Position numbers and translations under genes: made by a program. This document shows, in pieces, positions 1 through 12,869 of a DNA stretch of 64,000 bases. Where the stretch lies: NCBI GenBank assembly GCA_013265495.1, contig MU061579.1, positions 3,717,319-3,781,318 on the forward strand. Reading direction: 5' to 3'. The stretch is from Vicugna vicugna. Lineage: Eukaryota. Position 1 is the first letter of the stretch; every line of letters begins with the position of its first letter. The notes beneath the pieces were generated by a model, which did not search any database, had not been told where the DNA came from, and was given only the letters and a program-made list of their open reading frames with translations.

Positions 1-1309
1 AATTCTCAAGGTATGTAAAGCTACAAGAGTAAACTTACATTTTCTGGATGACTAGACACAAAGTGAGCTATATTTCCCTTATGCTAAATGCTCATTATTT
101 TTCCAAATTGTCATTTTGAACCTAAATCATCTGACTTGAGTCAAATTCCTTCATGGCTCAGAAGGGACATTGTCTCACTTTTCTATTCTTTCTTCCTCTC
201 TCTTTACTGTTTTGTTTTGTTTTGAATTATAGAGCTTAGACGTAAACTGTAGCCAGATGTGGTGAAACTAAGAGGCTGGTCATAGTCTCGCACTGCACTG
301 CTGCGGTAACAGAAATTTTGGCTAAATTCTACTGTCTTTAACAGCCATTTGTAAGAGCTCCTTGATATAAGAGAATACTCAGTTACAGCAGTGTTGGATA
401 AATTTAGATAATATCACATTCCGAGAGGATAGGTTCACTAATATTAGCTGAAGTGCCAATCAGCCCCGCAAAGCTCTCCTTGTTACAAAATATTACAGAA
501 TGGAGTTGGAAACATCTGCAAACTTTGGTGTCACTGTTCCTTGTGCCTTTGTTGGAAATTGTAAAGGAATGTGAATTTGATCATGTGATTCTCCCTGTAA
601 CAGTTAAATGGCTGTTCTATTTCTTAGAAAGCAGGTGGTGGAATACACAGCGCAAAAGCCGAGCAGGCAACTGTCTCAATTTTGTGCATTTAAGAGCTGA
701 TGAGATGACTGATGACATTGCCAGCTAGAAGCCATCGTGCGGTCTGAAATGCCCTCTGTGACAATATTAACAATATTGCTTTTCATGAAGATCCTACATA
801 CATCTTAATGAGTGGAGAACACTTAACACTGTGGCAAAATGAACTCTGATTATCAAGCTTCAGAATGAAAGGCCCATTGGTACTTGTTCAGTGCATTATA
901 ATATAATACAATCCCATGGTGTCTTCTGAAAATATCTTAAACTACTTTAATCTCATATCAACTCGAAGGTATTTTAAGCAGTGGCATAGCCCTGGTCACA
1001 TAGATAAACAGTTCAACTGAGATTGAAGTTAGTTGTAGCTCTGAAACTAGTTTCCAAGCTCATTTCTCAACATCACGCCGCTTTTGCTAGAAGAAAAGCA
1101 CTGGTATCAAGATGACAGGAGCAGAGGGAAAGACTGAAAAGGGGACTAAGAGGGAGCCTCAACTTTAGTGTCTACATAAAGTCCTTAGTTTACCTGGGCA
1201 ACAAATATTTCACGGAATGGGAGTGCCTTGAAAGATGATCAAGGATGCAGAATAATAAAAAAAATACATATATATATATTTGCTTCTTTATAGTTTGGTT
1301 AAGAAACTG

Positions 1310-1512
1310 TGGAGTTGCCAGGAAAATATATAAAGCCCAATTAAATTTGAATTTCAGATCAACAATGAATAATTTTTAGTATAAGTATATGTTTACATAA
1401 TCATGCTAAATAATTCTACTCACTTCCTTATACTACAAATTATTTGTTGTTGATCTGAAATTCAAATTTAACTAGGGATTCTGTATATTTATTTGCTAAA
1501 TTTGGCTATTTT
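1310..1512. mobile_element. MER53-like palindromic hAT MITE
   Basis: Decayed termini ggagttgccagg / tttggctatttt; internal inverted arms ttaaatttgaatttcagatcaacaa (1341-1365) and its exact reverse complement (1447-1471); matches recalled MER53 layout. Confidence 0.85.
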
Positions 1513-1526
1513 TGTTAGATGGCTAT

Positions 1527-2550
1527 TGTAGCAGACATTGTTGGCTACTTAATCAACAATACTTTTTTCCTTTTTCCTTCCAATGGATCTGCCATAAAAG
1601 GCTAATCAAGATCAGACTAAGTCAGTCATGGCAATCTTGTTTCCTATGCACTACAGGCGCACAGTGAACATATGATATAGCAAATGAGAAGGAGAAGCCA
1701 TTGACGGCCTTTGAAAGAGAACTGTTCTTCTCGATTTGGGGGGGCAGGGAATGAGAATAGTTGTTTCTGTCAATCTTGAGAGACCAAATCACCAGCCTCA
1801 CTGTTCTCCACACACAAATTCACTGGACAGCTGCACTGATAATATGACCAACATTGAGCATAAGAGAACAAAGTTTATAAATGCTGACATCAGAGGGGAA
1901 GAAGGGCTTCACCAGCCGGGTGCTAACAAGGTAACTGGAGAAGCAGTAGAATGATAGAAGTGAAAGGATTTCTTTGTTAATTAGAGAGGGGCTACATTTA
2001 GCATGAGTTCCCTGACTGGTTATATATGAAATCTACCTGACAGTCACACGTGTCCCCCAAAAGGAAATGTGTTTTCCTAAATTTGCTGCAGTACGTCCTA
2101 GGGTCACTTGATCAGCAACACAAATGGGATATCTAGTATGTCAGTTAAGGAGGGAGGGAATAGAGGAGAGGTCAGGAGAGGCCCGTAAGAGAACCCTGGG
2201 TCAAAGGGTACTTATATCAAAGAGTTTCCATCTAGATATCACAGACTAGTGGGCTCTTCTTATTACAATAGTGCAAAGAGAAAACATTGCATCACCTTTT
2301 TTGCATCTTGTTTGAGCCACTGTTACAAGAGGATGTGATATTGGGAACTATGATGGCTATCTTAGAATAATGATAGTGATAACACACTAAAAATTGCAGA
2401 AGAAGTGATGAAAAAAATCTGAATTCCTTATATCAAAACTGGGTTCTTGCAAAACTTTAGACTGTATACCTCTTGCCTCATTTTTATGAAGACATATTCC
2501 TAAAGATTTACCCACATTTATTTCTTGCAACTTAACATATCAACAAAAGA
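1527..2550. mobile_element. Old ERVL-class LTR relic (LTR16/LTR33-like), apparently interrupted by a second old LTR at ~1830-2270
   Basis: Begins tgtagcagacattgttgg; LTR16-like phrases resume at ~2320 (gaggatgtgatattgggaactatgatggctatctt). Highly diverged; family uncertain. Confidence 0.4.
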
Positions 2551-2629
2551 TTGAAAATTCCCAATTCCCTAAATTTTCTAATGGCTAAAAAAAAAATTCT
2601 GAAGATACCTGTGAAATTTCTCTCTTTTA

Positions 2630-4760
2630 CTTAAAAATATTTGCATAGTAACTATTGTGTGCCATATACTTCTCCCAACACTGGATCTGGTCATCCACGA
2701 GACAAGCAAGGCCCTTTGCATTAGGGTCATAATACTAAAAGTGAAGAAAGAAAGATGCTAGAAGTTAGCTAGGGCACATAAGAGAAAGGGAAAAAACTGA
2801 TGGAGGATTGAATTTGGTAGATGAAATCAAGAATTATTGATATTTAATTGTGTGATGGCTTAGACAGCCAACTATAACAAGTATGCAGTAAGTTTTATAT
2901 ATATACACAAGTGGATCACAAGGAAGCATTAGAGGTGGATGTATATATTTGAAAGTCACAGGTACATAGGTTGAAGATAAGTATCTATGAAATGACCTAG
3001 GAAAAGAATGTAGACAGAGAATAAAACAAAGCAAAACAAAAAACAAGGAGGGATCCAGGGATGTTTCCTGGCATATCCAGTCTATTCAGAAACAAGGACC
3101 ATTAAAGAGTGCAGAGAACAATATTCACTGAGGAATGTCAGGGACTGTTTCAAGGAGATTATTGTATTAAACATGGCTGAACAGTAGCCTAAAATGAAGA
3201 CAAAGCAGCTTCCTTTGGGGCAATGAAAATGCTCTCTGTGACCCTGACACAAATTCTAGAAAATATGGTGGAAACTAGGTTATGTGAGTTAAAATGTCAT
3301 TGGTGGGGAGACAGTCTCAGCATTTTTTCATGTGAATTTTTTTTTTCAGTAACTGGAAGAAGAAAAATAAGACAGAAGATCAAGAGAGGTGTGTGATCAA
3401 ACACAAATGTTTGTATGCTCCCAGTAACTGCTGGAGTGCAGTTCATCAGTAATAGACAGAGGATGCGTTCTAAAGAAACTGGGAAAGGAATAGCTTTTGA
3501 TAATTGGTAACAGAGGAAAACTTAACACTTTGTAAAATTAGATAAAGACTAGAGGGCCATGTGTAACTAAAATTGTTCAATTGGTTATGAAATAATGAGA
3601 GGAGGTCCTATCTGATGGAATCCATCTTCAAAATGAATTTTGAGGCAAGATTACGAGCTACAAATGAAGAATAGAGGACATATAGGTGGTCTGAGGAGAA
3701 ACTTGAAGGTACAAAATAGTTATTTTTGTATCTGAGATCAATATAAAAATTTAATTTAGACACAGGTGGGCTGCTCAGTAGTGTTGCCTATTTGAGGTTT
3801 ATTTTCTTGAATTTAACTTTGAAACAGTCAGTGAAATGTGTGATTTTTCTCCAGAAAACTTAAGAGGATGAATGTTTGTAGTTAAGCATCGTTGGCAATT
3901 CATGTAAGGATGGAAGTGAACAGCAGAAGATTAATGATCGCTGTAAAACAAAACAAAACAAAACAAAAAACTGATGTTGTTTGCAGTTTTTAATCTGGTG
4001 AAAGAACTGCTACAATATGGTTCTGAGAATAAAGGAACTATAGTAGCAGAAGAGAAAGTCAGATTCTGAGGTTGTAGAAAGCAAAGTTTAGAGTTACTCC
4101 GCATAACAAGCCTTTGGAAGAAGCTGCGTCACTATGCATAACAAGTTCCCAAACGTGACTATGACAGTGGCTGAAGGAAAATTGGAGACAAGATCAAGGG
4201 GTTGAGATAACCAGTTATTCAATGGGCTATGTATGTGGATAATATACTTGAAAAAATTATAGGAATGAGATGAAGAGGAAAATAGGACTCAACAATAGAT
4301 CAATAACTGTGGAGAAATAAGCAGAAAATCTGAAGGTGATACCAATGGGAGACTAGGTAGGTGGCACTATGTCTATGGAATATACTTACAAGATCTAGAG
4401 CTTTTGAAGGAGGGAAAAATTGGCTTCGGAGAGGCCATGGACCTTTACACACTGGCTGTGAGACAATAAGAGAATAATAACTGTACTTTAAACAGCAGTC
4501 TCTATTTAAGGAGACTAGAGGGAGGTAGTGTCCTCAGAGGATCATGCATATCAAATTATTGTAAAGAGGAGAAAAATATTTTTAAAAAGGGTAAAGGATA
4601 TAGATACTCTTGCTGGTCACAGATCTGGTGTGTTAGAAGGTAAAATAAAATGTTTCCAGTATATTCAGGAAAGATAGAAGAAGGACTGGGTCAAACAAGG
4701 GATTTAGAAACCATGACTTTAGTAGGATTATTTTAGAGACCTGGACTTCTGGTTGTGGAA
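2630..4760 (-). mobile_element. L2 LINE relic
   Basis: Antisense L2 3'-end-like motif (tatttgcatagtaactattgtgtgcca) followed by ~2 kb of purine-rich degenerate sequence typical of antisense L2. Confidence 0.55.
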
Positions 4761-4789
4761 AAGGAAAAAAGAAAGAAGAAAAAGCAGAA

Positions 4790-5800
4790 CAGTGCGGGAC
4801 GGGTCCCGCGGGGAGGGAGCGGCCAAGGAGGACTGGCTCTCATTCGCTGGGTCTCCCCTCTCCAACTGAGAGGCCAGCAAGACGGAGGGGGAGCCTCCGA
4901 GGCTCGGATCTGTACGGGGCACCCCTTGACTGACAGAACTAAGTTAAACAGGCACAAAGGGTCCCTGTGACACCCAGCCCGAAACATGAGCTGGCAGCTG
5001 GGGGCCGGGACAGGCCACCCGAGCCGGGTGGAGGAATGGGGCGGCTGCACCGAGGGAGCCTTAGGGGACTGCAGGGCGCTGCACGCCATGGCTGGGAGGG
5101 GATACCAAGCAGAACAACCTGGGTCCCCAATAAATTACGAAAATAAAAAAAAAAAAGCAAAGCAACACTGCTGGTGTGCCCTGGGGGGAGGGCGCCATAG
5201 CCTTTGTCTCCTCAGACCCACAGTGCCATTACTGGCGCTTCTCGGGAGAAGAGAGGCGGGGCGCAGCCACAGCCACCATCTCCTCCTGTGCGCAGCGCCC
5301 TGGCGGGGGCGGGGCTGAGCCCTGAATCCGCACCTGGGGGCTCCACAACCTCCCAGGCAGGACTGAGACTTGTTTGTAGCCCGAGGCAGATAGGATCTTT
5401 CCACACTGGTACCTCAGAGAACTCGAGCTGCCAAGACAAATAAGGAACTGGGTTTTGGCACAGAGCAGGGGCTGGGCTGTTCCACAGTCTTCCCCGAGCC
5501 CGCTTATGGAGCTCCGACCCAGGGTGGAGAGGGAAGCTGCACAGAGCAGGGAGCGACTGGCGCCAGGAGAGGGCGGGCGGCCATCCACCTTCCTGGTAGG
5601 AGCACAGCACCTGACCTTGGTGCTGGGAGGGGGCGCGATCTGCCCACCTGCCTCCTGAGTACAGTATCTGACTGCAGCATCCGGAGGGGGAGTGACCTGC
5701 TCTCCAACCATGTAAGAGTGAGGGACGGGGCCTGCTTGCTGACAGGCACTGGGAGCAGCACAGACGAAGGTGCCAACAGAGGGCCTCTGGAAACAGCAAG
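4790..5800 (+). promoter_or_regulatory. CpG-rich L1 5'UTR / internal promoter region
   Basis: Only strongly GC- and CpG-rich kilobase in the window, directly upstream of L1 ORF1; GC-box-like ggggcgggg near 5307. Confidence 0.75.
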
Positions 5801-6355
5801 CTGAGTTCGTGAAATAGGGTGTAACAGAAAGACCTCTCGATAAAATCATTAAGAGTGCACAGTCTCCACGAGAACACATCACTTTTGTTTCTTTAATCTG
5901 TTCTATTTTCTATCACCCTTTAAATTTTTACTTTTTAAACAATTGTATATGTCTACAGTTTTAATCCTTTTAAAATTTTTCTTTTAAAATATTTTATTAT
6001 TATTATTTTTAAAAATCTACCTCATTTCATTTTTATTTCTCTTGGTTTTGAGCTTCTGTTATTGATTACAAACAGGTTTCAAATATTGTTTTTTGATTTT
6101 TTCTCCTTTTTAAAGATTTTTAAAAGATGTCTCAACTCAATTGCTATTTTGCTTCAACTTGCTCTTCTATTATTGATTACACACTGTTTTCAAACCTTTT
6201 TTTCTCCCTTCTTTTAAAATTCTCTCTTCTTTTTTTTTTTTGTTTAAAGTTTTATTCCTGCATAGGCCTTAGAAAGATAAATAAATAAACTCCTTAAGGA
6301 CCACAATGGATAGCTGATACTCCATAAGCCACAATGCCAGAGAGATATTAGCAAG

Positions 6356-7242
6356 ATGAAGAAGCAGAGGAACCAATGCCAATTAAAAGAGCAAGAGAAA
6401 TATCCTGAAAGAATGATCAATGAAATAGACATTGATGGCCTACTAGATCAAGATCCCAAAAAAAGGAGTGGTCAAAGTACTGAAGGAACTAAAAGAGATA
6501 GTGTTTAGAGATACAAAATATGTCAAAAATGAAATTAAAGCCTAAGAAAAGCCAAGTAGAATTGGTAAACTCATTTGCTGAGATGAAAGCTGATCTGATG
6601 GCTGTACAAAGCAGGCTAGATAATACAGAAGAGCAAATTAGTGACCTATAAGACAGGACAACAGAAAGCACCCAATCAGAACAACTGAGAGAAAAACAAA
6701 TAAAAACCAATGAAAACAATATAAGGGACCTATGGAATAATATAAAGTGTGCCAAACTACGCATAATAGGGGTTCCAGAAGGGGAAGAAAGAACAAAGGG
6801 ACTGAAAAGGTATTTGAAGAAATCATGACTGAAAACTTCCCAAACCTAAAGGAATCAGATATCCAAGTACAGGAGGCTCAGAGGGTCCCAAACAGGAAGA
6901 ACCCAAACAGACCACACCAAGACATATCATAATCAAGATGGCCAGAGTCAAGAATAAAGAAGTTATCCTAAAGACAACAAGAGAAAAAAAGAGTGAGTTA
7001 CAAGGGAACCTCCATAAGGCTCTCAGCTGATTTCTCTACACGAACACTACAGGCCAGAAGGGAGTGGCAAGATATATTGAAAGTCCTGAATGAAAAAAAA
7101 GATGCAGCCTAAGATACTCTATCCATCAAGGCTATCCTTTAGAATAGAAGGAGAGATAAAGAATTTCACAGACAAGCAAAAACTAGAAGAGTTTACCAAC
7201 ACTAAACCCATGCTAAAAGAAATATTGAAAGGTCTACTCTAA
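6356..7242 (+). pseudogene. L1 ORF1p remnant (frameshifted)
   Basis: ATG at 6356 (MKKQRN...); fragment EKVFEEIMTENFPNLKESDIQVQEAQRVPNR; ends ggtctactctaa (LKGLL*); several frameshifts and stops. Confidence 0.92.
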
Positions 7243-7636
7243 ATAGAAAAGCAGCAGGATGCTTCAGAATGAGAAACTCATAACTGGAAAGGTGATAACT
7301 ATCATGAATTACAAATAGAATTAACACAAAATTGTAAAAGAAGACATCTAAATCATTAAGAGTGAGACAGGGAGGCAAGAAAATATATTTTTTTCTTTTT
7401 TAAACTTTTTTAACTCATTAGGATGGGTTTGAGTCTATATTACTATCTGTTTAATACAAACAATTATAATGGGTTAATAGACTTCCAAAAATGGTAACCA
7501 CAACCCAAAAACTTACAAGTGAGTCACAAAAACTAAATAAAATCCAAGATAATAAAAAGTAAAATTACCAAACCACAAAAGGAAGAAGAAAGGAACAAAG
7601 AGGATATACCAAATCAACTGCAAAAATAAGTTCAAA

Positions 7637-10144
7637 ATGGTAATAAACACATATCTATCATTAATTACTATAAATCTTAATGGACTAAATGCTCCAATCA
7701 AAAGACATAGAGTGGCAGACTGGATAATAAAGCAAGAACCTTCAATATGCTGCATACAAGAGACCCACTTTAGGGAGAAGGACACATATAGATTGAGAGT
7801 GAAAGGATGGAAAAGGACAGTCCATGCAAATGAAAAAGCCAAAAAGCAGGTATAGCAGTACGGATTTCAGACAATATAGACTTTAAAACAAAGGCCATAA
7901 AGAAAGATAAAGAAGGACATTTTATAAAGATTAAAGGAGTAATGCAAGTGAGGATACTACACTCATTAATATATATGCATCCAATATAGGAGCACCTAAG
8001 TACATGAATCAATTACTAACAGAGATAAAGGGGGATTTTGATGGGAATAAAATCATTGTCAGAGATATTAACATCACTAGGCAGATCTTCCAGACAGAAA
8101 ATAAATAAGGCAACAGAGAAATTAAATGATACAATAGAAAAATTAGATTTGGTGGATACTTTCAGAGCATTACACCCCCCAAAAATAGGATATACATTCT
8201 TTTCAAGTGCACATGGAACATTTTCTAGGATTGATCATGTACTTGGGCACAAAAGAAGCCTCAACAATTTTAAGAAGATAGGAATAATCTCAAGCAACTT
8301 TACTGACCACAATGCCATGAAACTAGAAATCAACTACAGAGAAACAAAGGAGAAAAAAGGGAAAGCATGGAGATTAAACAACATGCTATTAAAAAAAAAA
8401 ACAATGGGTCAACGATGAAATCAAAGTTAAAATTTAAAAATACCTTGGGACAAACGAAAATGAAAATACAATCACACAAAATTTATGGGACGCAGCAATG
8501 GCAGTGCTAAGAGGGAAGTTTATAGCGATACAGGTCTTCCTCAAAAAAGAAGAACAATCTCAAATAAACTATCTAACCAACCAGCTAAAAGAATTAGAAA
8601 AAGAAGAGCAAGAAAACACAAAAGTCAGCATAAGGAAGGAAATTATAAAGATCAGGGAGGAAATAAATAAAATAGAGATTAAAAAAACCATATAAAAATT
8701 AATCAAACCAAAAGCTGGGTTTTTGAAAGAGTAAATAAAATCATCAAACCTCTGGCCAAACCTTCTTTCTTCACAAAGAAGAAAAAAGAGAGAGCACAAA
8801 TTAGCAAAATAAGAAAGGAAAATGGAGAAATTACAACAAATAAAATAGAAATACAGAACATCATACGAGAATATTATGAAAAACTATATGGAACCAAACT
8901 GGATAACCTAGAGGAGATGGACAAGTTTCTGGAAACATACAGTCTACCAAGACTGAATCAAGAATAAACTGACCACTTGAACAAACCGATCACTAGAAAT
9001 GAAATCGAAATAGCAATAAAAAACCCTCCCTACAAATAAAAGTTCAGGACTGGATGGCTTCACCGGGGAATTCTACTTAACATATAAAGAAGAACTCATA
9101 CCAGTCCTTCTCAAACTTTTCCAGAAGATTGAAAAGGAGGGAATACTCCCAAACTCATTCTATGAAGCCACCATCACCCTGATACCAAAACCAGGCAAAG
9201 ATACTATCAAAAAAGAGAATTATAGGCCAATATCACTGATGAACATAGATGCCAAAATCCTCACCAAAATATTAGCAAACAGAATCCAACAACACATAAA
9301 AAAGATTACACATCATGACCAAGTGGGGTTCATCCCAGGGACACAAGGGTGGTTCAACATATGCAAATCAATGTAATATGTCACATCAACAAGAGAAAGG
9401 ACAAAAACCACATGATCATCTCAATAGATGCAGAAGAAGCATTTGATAAAATTCAACACCTATTTATGATAAAAACTCTCACCAAAGTGGGTATAGAGGG
9501 GACATATCTCAACATAATAAAAGCTATCTATGACAAACCTACAGCGAGCATAGTACTCAATGGTGAAAAACTCAAAAGCTTCCCACTAAAATCTGGGACA
9601 AGACAAGGATGCCCACTATCACCACTCCTATTCAACATAGTCTTGGAAGTCCTAGCCACAGCAATCAGGCAAGAGAGAGAAATAAAAGGGATCCAAATTG
9701 GAAAAGAAGAGGTAAAAGTGTCACTATATGCCGATGACATGTTACCATACACTACTGGTGGGAATGCAGTTTGGTGCAGCCACTGTGGAAAACAGTATGG
9801 AGATTCCTCAAAAGACTAGGAATAGACTTACCATATGACCCAGGAATCCCGCTCCTGGGCATATATCCAGAAGGAACCCTACTCCAAAGAGACACCTGCA
9901 CCCCAATGTTCATAGAAGCACTATTTACAATAGCCAAGACATGGAGACAGCCTAAATGTCCATCAACAGATGACTAGATAAAGAAGATGTGGTATATTTA
10001 TACAACAGAATACTATTCAGCCATAAAAAACAACATAATGTTATTTGCAGCAACATGGATGTCCTTGGAGAATGTCATTCTAAGTGAAGCAAGCCAGAAA
10101 GAGAAAGAAAATACCATATGAAATCGCTCATATGTGGAACCTAA
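7637..10144 (+). pseudogene. L1 ORF2p remnant (endonuclease, N-terminal RT, C-terminal tip), disrupted
   Basis: EN motifs ITINLNGLNAPIKR, ICCIQETH, FSRIDHVLGHK, FTDHNAMKLEI; RT motifs [18 protein letters not shown] and LYADDM; C-terminal [13 protein letters not shown]; multiple stops and frameshifts. Confidence 0.96.
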
Positions 10145-10949
10145 AAAAAAAAGGAACATAAATACAAAACAGAAACAGACTCATAGACATAGAATACAAA
10201 CTTGTGGTTGCCAAGGGGGAGCGGGGTGGAAAGGTATAGAATGGGAGTTCAAAATTTGTAGATACTGACAGACATATGTATAATAGGTAAACAAGATTAT
10301 ACTGTATATATACAAGATCTTGTGGTAGCTCACAGCAAAAAAAATGTGACAATGAATATATGTATGTTCATATATAACTGAAAAATTGTGCTCTACACTG
10401 GAATTTGATACAATGTTGTGAAATGACTATAACTCAATAAAAAATACGTTTAAAAAGAAAGTTAACTGTGTAACATCTTTTTATGTTATGATATGAAGTT
10501 TTACTTTGGGATCTTTACCAAAAAACATCTAAGATCTATTTTACTACCCAAATTTGGACTGAGTCTAAAACAATTATGATTCCTGAATCTAGAGTGCTAA
10601 CATGATTTTTACTTAATGTTTAAGTTTAAGGGAATGTAACAGACATCGCTAAACAAGAATTAACTCTTTTGCACTAATACTAGCACTCCATAACACCTTT
10701 AACTTACGATATACAGTTTGACAACTCTTCAAAATATTCTCTCTAAGTGACTGATTTGTATACGACTGAGTTTCAAAACCAGTAAGTATGATGGCTTTGT
10801 TTTACATGTTTGATATAATCAAGCCTAATCCACATGTGAGTCAAATAACTAAAATCTTTACTTTAGTTAATTACAATTAGTTTTAAAATAATTGAAAGTA
10901 TGTTAATGACCTAGAAACTTATGGTTTAACTAAGATATAAAGATAACCA

Positions 10950-11180
10950 GCAAACATTTCAGTGCTTACTGGTCACTGCTTAAAGCATTATTCAAAAGTT
11001 AATTAATCTGAAATTTCACTTCAGACTTACCAGGTGAAAGCATTGTTATTATTATTACCATTTTATAGCTCAAAAAAGTGTGGCATAGAAAATTTGCATC
11101 ATTTGCCCATGATCACTCATCTAGTCAGTTTTACACCAGGATCTTGAACCCAGGAAATCAAGGTCTAGCATTCATATATC
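10950..11180 (-). mobile_element. MIR SINE
   Basis: Antisense MIR core: attattaccattttatag...catttgcccatgatcactcatctagt...ttgaacccagg. Confidence 0.75.
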
Positions 11181-11306
11181 TAAGAATGTCACACACATGC
11201 TTCAAAAAAAAAAATTAACAGTCTATATTTTTACTGGAATACCTTGAATTTACTTCAAGTAAAATATTTCTTATAAAACTGAGTATAAGTAAATAAAGTG
11301 AATTAC

Positions 11307-11355
11307 CTTTCTCTTTTCATTAGCATAGTTCTAGATTTACACACTTGAAAATAAC
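11307..11355 (-). other. Candidate 49-nt exon (gene unidentified)
   Basis: Minus strand: ttatttttctttag|GTTATTTTC...GAGAAAG|gtaatt; one open frame YFQVCKSRTMLMKRE; unique sequence. Confidence 0.35.
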
Positions 11356-11846
11356 CTAAAGAAAAATAATGAAAAAACTATACTTTTGAGAAGTTTGTAA
11401 ATGTCAGAAGATAAAACATCCAAGTTATTAAATTAAATCTTAAAGCTCAAGGACGAAGCAACGTCTGCTTAACAACATAATGTCGGGTAGTGTATAAAGA
11501 ATTCATGCACTTTGTGCGATGTTTTATTCATATATTGGTAAATGAATACATAATTATCTGAAAATATTTTTGTTTTTGATATAACCTACATCATGGAATA
11601 TGAGAAGTTTTATTTTTTAATGCACTGTGCAATAATAGATATATGCTTTGGCTTATTTTTTTTAATGTAAATTAAAATAAACCTGATCTATATTGGTGAT
11701 GGTTTCTTTCAGATTTATGTTAATGAACACACTTGAGTTGCTCTAAATTACAAGTATAATAATTTTCTAGAACCAAAACTGAAATTTAGCCCAAGAATCC
11801 AGAGTTCTGTAGACTGGCAGTGGGGATTGTAGAATCCTTGTGTACC

Positions 11847-12018
11847 CAGGGTTGCCAGATAAAATTCAGTTCATGTAGGTATTTGAATATTAGATAAACA
11901 ATGAACATTTGTTTAGTAGAAGAAGGTCCCATTTGGATCATGAAAGTATTTGCTCTTTATCTGAAATTCAAATTTGACTGGATATTTTGTATTTTGATTT
12001 CCAAATGTGGCAACTTTA
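11847..12018. mobile_element. MER53-like hAT MITE (second copy, centre partly deleted)
   Basis: Termini cagggttgccagataaaat and atgtggcaacttta; internal tttatctgaaattcaaatttgactgg. Confidence 0.85.
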
Positions 12019-12869
12019 TGCATGCTGTATGGTTCTCTGGGTCTCAGTTATGTTACTGGCCATTAATCTATTTTATCTTTATCATAACTTTTGATTTAAA
12101 ATCTTTCAATTTCTGCTTCAATTTACTATTCAAAACCAATTAAGTTGCTTCATATTCCTATGAAGGGTCACTAAGACAAGTGTTACTAATGAGAAAAATG
12201 CTGTAAGCTTTTGAATATATTAGCAAGGCCAACCACTGATACAGGAATTGATCTCATTCTCAAAGTATCAACACATATCTTGGCTAGAAAATAAAAGATG
12301 TCAGTTATAATGAATGGCAAATTGTTTTGAAAAAAATTATTGGAGAAATATTTGTATAAAAGTATTTTTAAGTGTATATAACCCTGTACCTTCTTGCTAT
12401 GGAAACCCGTGTTTTTTAGCTGTCTTAAATTTCATTATTAGCTTGTAGTCATTCACCCTTACATTCAGTTCACATTGTTAATTTGAACAGATAATTTAGA
12501 AAGACTGGTGAAGCACAAAATGTATTTGTCTTGTTAATTCTGTTAACAAAGCTACAAGGAGAGTGCATTTTCATAAATAGTTGTGACAGCTGCCTAGTTA
12601 AAAGCATGAATTCTTCATTCAGCAAATAATCTCCAAAGTGAAACACAACACTTCCTCCTTATTTTCATAACTCTTTGCTTAAAACACAGTAACATCTAAA
12701 CAGTTACTAAGATGAATACCATATTATCTATCCAATAAAAATCCCTATAACCTTTTATAATGGCCATTTAGGAAAATAAAGAAAAGGAATCTTTAGACTG
12801 TAAAAATACCATTATCTTAAAGAGACTCCAAGACAGTATACATTCCTGTTTCCAGAACTACATTTAAAA

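Larger units (their letters stand above)
4776..10451 (+). mobile_element. Near full-length LINE-1, inactive, with internal ORF2 deletion
   Basis: GC/CpG-rich 5'UTR (~4790-5800), T-rich tract, ORF1, inter-ORF spacer, ORF2 EN and RT remnants, 3'UTR ending aataaaaaa; possible TSD aaaaagaaag at 4766-4775 and 10452-10461 (low complexity, tentative). Confidence 0.97.

Noticed and set aside
4728..5776. Cluster of short overlapping ORFs suggesting a host gene at a CpG island
   Set aside because: All lie in the GC-rich L1 5'UTR; no recognisable protein.
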